A program made the position numbers and the translations under genes. This document shows, piece after piece, positions 57,601 to 63,600 of a stretch of 64,000 nucleotides of DNA. The notes below the pieces were generated by a model. The model saw only the letters and a list, made by a program, of their open reading frames with translations. It did no database searches and was not told the origin of the DNA. Each line of letters opens with the position of its first letter. Positions within the stretch are counted from its first letter, which is position 1. The stretch spans positions 596,576-660,575 of the forward strand of contig NMRA01000082.1 in the NCBI GenBank assembly GCA_002633005.1, in the 5' to 3' direction. This DNA comes from Phoronis australis (Eukaryota > Animalia > Phoronida).

Positions 57601-60600
57601 CGGATTATTCCCACCCAGAAACAATAAAATGGTTAGTCAACCGAAGAGGCGCTGCCCTCTGACGGAACTAAGCGGATTTGAATGTCTGCGCGTGAATAGT
57701 AAAGGGAGAGCTTCAAGACATATTGCATTGTCTATGCTGTAGCACGGCCTAGTTCAAACACATGATGTTAATGGCGCATCTTCATCCTTCAGAAACCATG
57801 AATTTTTAGAGTGATATCATGAAAATGTTAAAGTCATAACCATTGATTAAAATATTGTGTAAACATCTCTTTTTGAATGAAAGAGCGTTGGAATGTTTAA
57901 AGACTTGTATTGAAAGTCGGGTATTGTTTCTCGTGTAGTTTCCAAGATTAAGGCCAGGTTCACATTGAAATGCACGATTTCCGGAACACAAGAACTGAAA
58001 GGACATGTCGAGGACTCACTAGCTCGTGTTCCTGACTTTCCAAGATCGAGAATGGAAAATATCGAGATAGTAAAAAAAGTTGACGGTATGCCTATATCTC
58101 ACTGTATTTTCTCATTCATTTCATTAAATGGAATTGTGAGTTTCATTTTACGGCGTCGTTTTTTTTGCATTTTGTTAACATGGCTACGTGGCTGTTTCTG
58201 TCTCGAATTGTTTGAAATGCAGCGCACTTTAAAGTCTCGCTGGACCTTATCTGCACTCAGAGATGTTAACGGCCATTCTGCTGCAATCCTACATATTAAA
58301 CTAGACACCTACGAATCCATGGCTTTTAACATCTCGGTGAAAGAATAAAATTTATGAAAGCAGAAACTTGTGAAAATTTAGAATTTTGAATTTAAATTAC
58401 CTTGACTTCAATTGGGTCTCGTAACCACGTGCCTATTTATTAAATCTTTAGTAAAAACAGAGATACATGTACATTAATACCAAAACAACGATATCAATCA
58501 AGACCGAATTTCTTTTTATATTAATGTTTAAGATGAAATTTCAAAAGCGATGTTACTGCTTTCTATATTGTTATTTTTGATTTCTTTCATCGACATAAAA
58601 AGCATGCTCTACTTGATTGCCGCTCATGCAAAAGTTGAAAATTATAGAACAATTCGTAACAAAGTATTGGGGAACTGCAATAAAGAATATTACATTGAAG
58701 TTCCATATACGTTCGGTCTGCCATTTCTGAAACACGATGTTTCGAAGTCAGTCAAATGTGCACATTGTTTAGGCTTCTATCTAACCTTAATGATAGTCGT
58801 TTTGTTGTTACGAAAAACTCTTTTTAAAATGTGGTTTGGTGATTTTTTCTTTTGGTACAGTGCACCTAATTGTCGTGGTTATTCTTCCACCTACGGCTTC
58901 GTCAACAAAAAAGTCGAGTGAAATATTGAAGACCTTGAGATGCATGTTATTCAACGAAGAATTGAAAATTACAAATGGTGACACCGAGCTCTGTACCACA
59001 GATTCAACAAACCCGACACTAACGGTTTTACCTGTTGGGCCAGACCCAACCAACGTTAAAGTAGGTCAGTCGTGCGCATGCGTGTTTTGGTTTTGTACAT
59101 CAGTACTCAATAGTTGAAAAACAGAGTTGATATAAAGGAACATGCGCCCGCTTCAAGAAAATGGCTAAAGCTCATGTTTGACTTAAGTGTAAAATTTGTC
59201 TCAATTTCGAATGTTTGACTCTTCCACTTCCGGTAACCTCATTAAAGTTAGGACAGAACTTAAGTCAAAAAGTTATGGCAAATTTGAGATTTATTTCTTG
59301 AAAGGGACTTGAGGCGAATTAACGTTTGATCGTCGATTTAGCTGACATTTAAGATTTGTCTTAGCTAAGTCGTTTTTCTTGGAACTACTGGAAATGCAAA
59401 CAATGGAATAGTAAACTAAATTAAAATAACACCATGGCGTCCCGGATACATGCACACACCCAGCCTAAAAATGGGGGCTCGAATGTTTAAGAATGTGGAC
59501 CTATTACTAAAATTAAAATGCTGTGTTCAGGGCTATGAATTGTGCATTCGCCAAATTTTTGTAGATCATGAATTTTTATTGCACTTTGGTCTCAATTTCT
59601 ACTTTTTTCGGGGACCTTTTTGCCCACTTCGTGAAAAGGAGGGCCCATTCAAGCTCCTTGAGCCCCCCACTGGTTGCGAACATGAGATGCGAAATTTTGT
59701 TGCTAGGGATGGTCACTATTACAATTATATTTAACTCATGAGAATTCCTAATCAGTGTCATGAAAAAGTCACACATTGTTGCGAAGTCTGTTATATACTA
59801 TTAAAGGGGAAACTTTAATACACATTGCTGCGTAGTAATAACACGACTCCAAAGTAAATCTGATGGAGCGTGAATTCTCCACCGTCGTTACTCTGTGAAA
59901 AAAAACAAGTCTGCCAGACAAAAGTGACAGTTCTAACTTGTGCAAGATTCCGTGGAAAGTGACCATAGTCACCACACGCCGAGTGTTCAAAAGTGAACGT
60001 GACTCGAGACAAATGCGGTAATTACATGTACCCTATCACGTCGTGCACTCCACGGAGGTATGAAAATAGAAGTTGCCTTCTGCTGACATCACCCTCAACG
60101 CATTGAATCGTTACTTTGAGTCGCAATGATTTCGATGTTCTTGTTGGTAATCCTATGACAACCTATGGCCAAATTTGTCTTTTATTTTACCCTCTTAAAC
60201 GATGGTAAAACAGCTTTATCAACGCAGAAAACTTACGTGCCCTATGCAAGGTCAGTTTAAATGTAGGAATTCATAGGACAATTAACGATTTCTGCATGCT
60301 GATGTACCTTACATGAAGCTCAGTCACGAGTCGGGAATTGTGTTATGTCAGAATCGGTTTCACTTGATTCAGTTTCCCTGCACACGTCGGTTTAGTGGAA
60401 TCGATCGCTTTCGTCTAGGGAGCGCAGACCCTTTTAAGCCGTCTGAATGCCTTGCAAGACGGGAATCAACCAAATTCTGTGAATAATGAACCCAGTTGAT
60501 CAACTAGCTAGACAGATGGTATCTTTGACCGTGACCGAAGTGGCTATATTGGGTATTGACAAAATGACAAGTGGGCTAAGAAATGTGACTTGATATCGGT

Positions 60601-63600
60601 GATCCATTTCAGGGAATGATAACAAGGTGACAATTTCCATTAAATGTGACACTACAACGTTTGTCAACAAAGAAGAGCTTGCCAAAAATGCGCTTTTAGA
60701 CGTCTTACAAGTAGAGTTGGAGAGGATAACAAACTTGGTGATGGAGCAAAGAGGCGACAGTAAGAAAGTACTCAATTTTGAATTGCTTCACTGGCTTTTG
60801 TCTGAAATACTCAACCAGATATCATATTATGCCTCCACACCTGCAAACCTTGAGTTCATGCAATTATTTTTCTTTGTATTGCGTAGACGTGCAGTTCACG
60901 CTTCTGAAGGGCTGTGAGTAGTAGCCACCTAGTGGCGATTTCAGATTTTGGAATCCGGGTCTTTTCTACCAAAGAAAGTGAGTTGTCTGTCTGCATCTTA
61001 GCAGTGGTCTTGCGGGCTTTATTAAACCTAAGGCCACGTCCGCTTTTTGGATAACACGCTTACGTTCTTATCGTACTCCTCTACCTTGGTATCTTTCAAA
61101 TCTCTTGATAAATTGTTTCTGAAATTTAGAAGCGCCATGCTTAGGCGATGGCTCGTGACAATACGGACGATGTTGAACTATTTACTCCCATGTTTTACGA
61201 CAGGTGCTGTTCTGGAATTCACGCTCCGCCCCCCGACGGCAACGTCATCAAAGCCGAGCCTTGAAGCGCTGAAATGGCTGGAAACCGTGGTGAAGGAAGA
61301 GGCTTTCATCATCAAAAACAATGGCGGAAAACGAATGTGCATCGGAAAAGACATGTTTGTTAACCCTAGTAGGCTAGTTTTTCTCATAATTCATGCGTAG
61401 GGTTTGCAACAAGCGATAGTTGCTAACGAAACAACATTTTATTCCGATTAAAGCTGTCCCATGAAAAGTTGAACCATGTAGTTATAGCATTGTTTTAGTT
61501 TTGCTTTTTTCAAACGTGTGTGTATGCTTTCAAGGTTTCGATTGTATTTTTACCGGTTATTTAATCAAGTCTTTGTCTAGTTCGTTCATCCACTCAAGCC
61601 TGCATGAAACCTGCGAATGTTATTTTTCATGTTCCAGAAACTGAATGTCCAGACGGGATGTACGGTTTAGGGTGTAAAAACAAGTGCGACTGTGGACCGG
61701 GGCAACCATGCGACCAGCAAGGAAAATGTGCCCTCAGTAAGACAAAGTATATTACTTGAGTTACAACACTGCTCACTGAACTAGGCAAACAACGAAATTA
61801 TGTACGAGTAAGCCGGGTTGTCTGTAACCCAATAATTGCCATGTAAATTAACAGTAGCTTGTTTTCTCCTGTTCTTTTTTAAGAGATAAAATGTCCCGAC
61901 AAAACTTTTGGCGAAAAATGCAAATATAGATGCGAGTGCACCGACACGACGGCTGTGTGTCCACCTGGCATACTCCGCTGTAAATCAAGGTGCAAAGAAA
62001 CAACAGAGAAATCGTGCAAGGTCACGTGCGCTGGTGGGCGTTACGGCGAGGACTGTGCAACCCTCTGCGACTGCAAGATGACAATTGCTTGTGTTGATGG
62101 AAAATGTACAAAAGGTGGGCCTGTGGTAAAATGATGAGACACGGAGCATGTTAATTTGTCATGGCTTTCCGTAACCGAGTTAAATGTTGCTTCGTGAATG
62201 GTTTTTAGTTTACCATGTAGTGATATGTCAATCTGTTTTTGTTAAAGCATGTAACTTTGATGATTAATGTAAGTGGCCAGTAACCAAAAGAAGACGAAAT
62301 ATTTTTAATTGCATTGTATTATTTAAATGTGTATAAAATCTCTTTCGCGATATCGACGCACGTTATTAGCTCACATGACAAACCCATTGACAAGGTGTTC
62401 TAACAATCAACGGAACAAGAAGTCTGGTACTTTACTTCCTGCCTTCAAATAAGAAGGCGTTCACCTAGCCGATCATAGTATATTGTACATTCTCGCCCTT
62501 TTCAATCCGTTTGTAGACAAAGTGTGTGAAAAACCAAAGAAGTATGGCGTAGATTGTGATTTGGACTGTCAGTGTGCAGAAGGCAGTTCATGTAGCCGTG
62601 CTGAGGGTTTGTGCGACAAGTGCAAACCGCTGAGATACGGAAAGGACTGCGGGAATGAATGTGGTTGTCTTAAGGCCAGTCAGTGTGATGGTACCAGCGG
62701 CAATTGTAAAGGAATTTGCCTACGAGGCCTATGGGGACTCGACTGCAAGAACGAATGCTATTGTGAACACTGTAATCCTATGACTGGCAAGTGTGAGGGC
62801 GACTGCCCGGATGGGCGCTACGGTCCTCGATGTGACAAGGAGTGTCATTGCAAAGACCAAAAAACTTGCACTGCATCCGAAGGTTGTAAAGGATGCGATT
62901 TCGGATACAGAGGACTCCACTGCAATCTAAAGTGTTTCTGTAAAGATATGAGCTCGTGCTCGCAGTACGACAAGTGTCCACACTGCCCGACCGGTCACTA
63001 TGGACTAACGTGTGAACACACATGTGACGGCTGTGTGGGAGAGGACTGTGACAGATACACTGGAGAGTGCAAGCGTGGCTGCAAGCCCGAAAGATGGGGG
63101 CCAGGCTGCAAAAACAAGTGTGCATGTCGACTTCCGGGTTCGTGCAATTCAGTCGACGGGCATTGTCCCAGCGGCTGCCAGAAGGGTAGGACAGGCCCGG
63201 CTTGCAACACCACATGCAACTGTGAAAAGGACGAGTATTGTATTGACAATACGTGTGACTTCCAATGCCCTAAGTACCACTTCGGACACGACTGTAGGAA
63301 TGTGAGCCACTGTCCACCTGGAGACACTTACGATGTTTACACTGGACGATGCACAATGGGTGTTTGCGACATCGGTTACTACGGTCCCACATGTACCTCT
63401 AGATGCCATTGTAAGGATAAGCGATGTAAGCCAACAGGCGAGTGTTTAGACGGTGTCTGTGCTAAGGGTTGGTACGGACCGTCTTGTGACCAACGGTGTA
63501 ACTGCATTAATATTGCCAAGTGCGACGCTACGACTGGAGCGTGCGAAACATGTCCCGTCGGCTGGTATGGTATGGATTGCAGTAAACAATGCTTCTGTCA

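Noticed and set aside
3330-61368. Three separate tandem genes or a Dscam-style mutually exclusive exon cluster
   Set aside because: No start, stop or signal-peptide exons between blocks, and exons repeat as ordered 13-exon series rather than adjacent alternatives.
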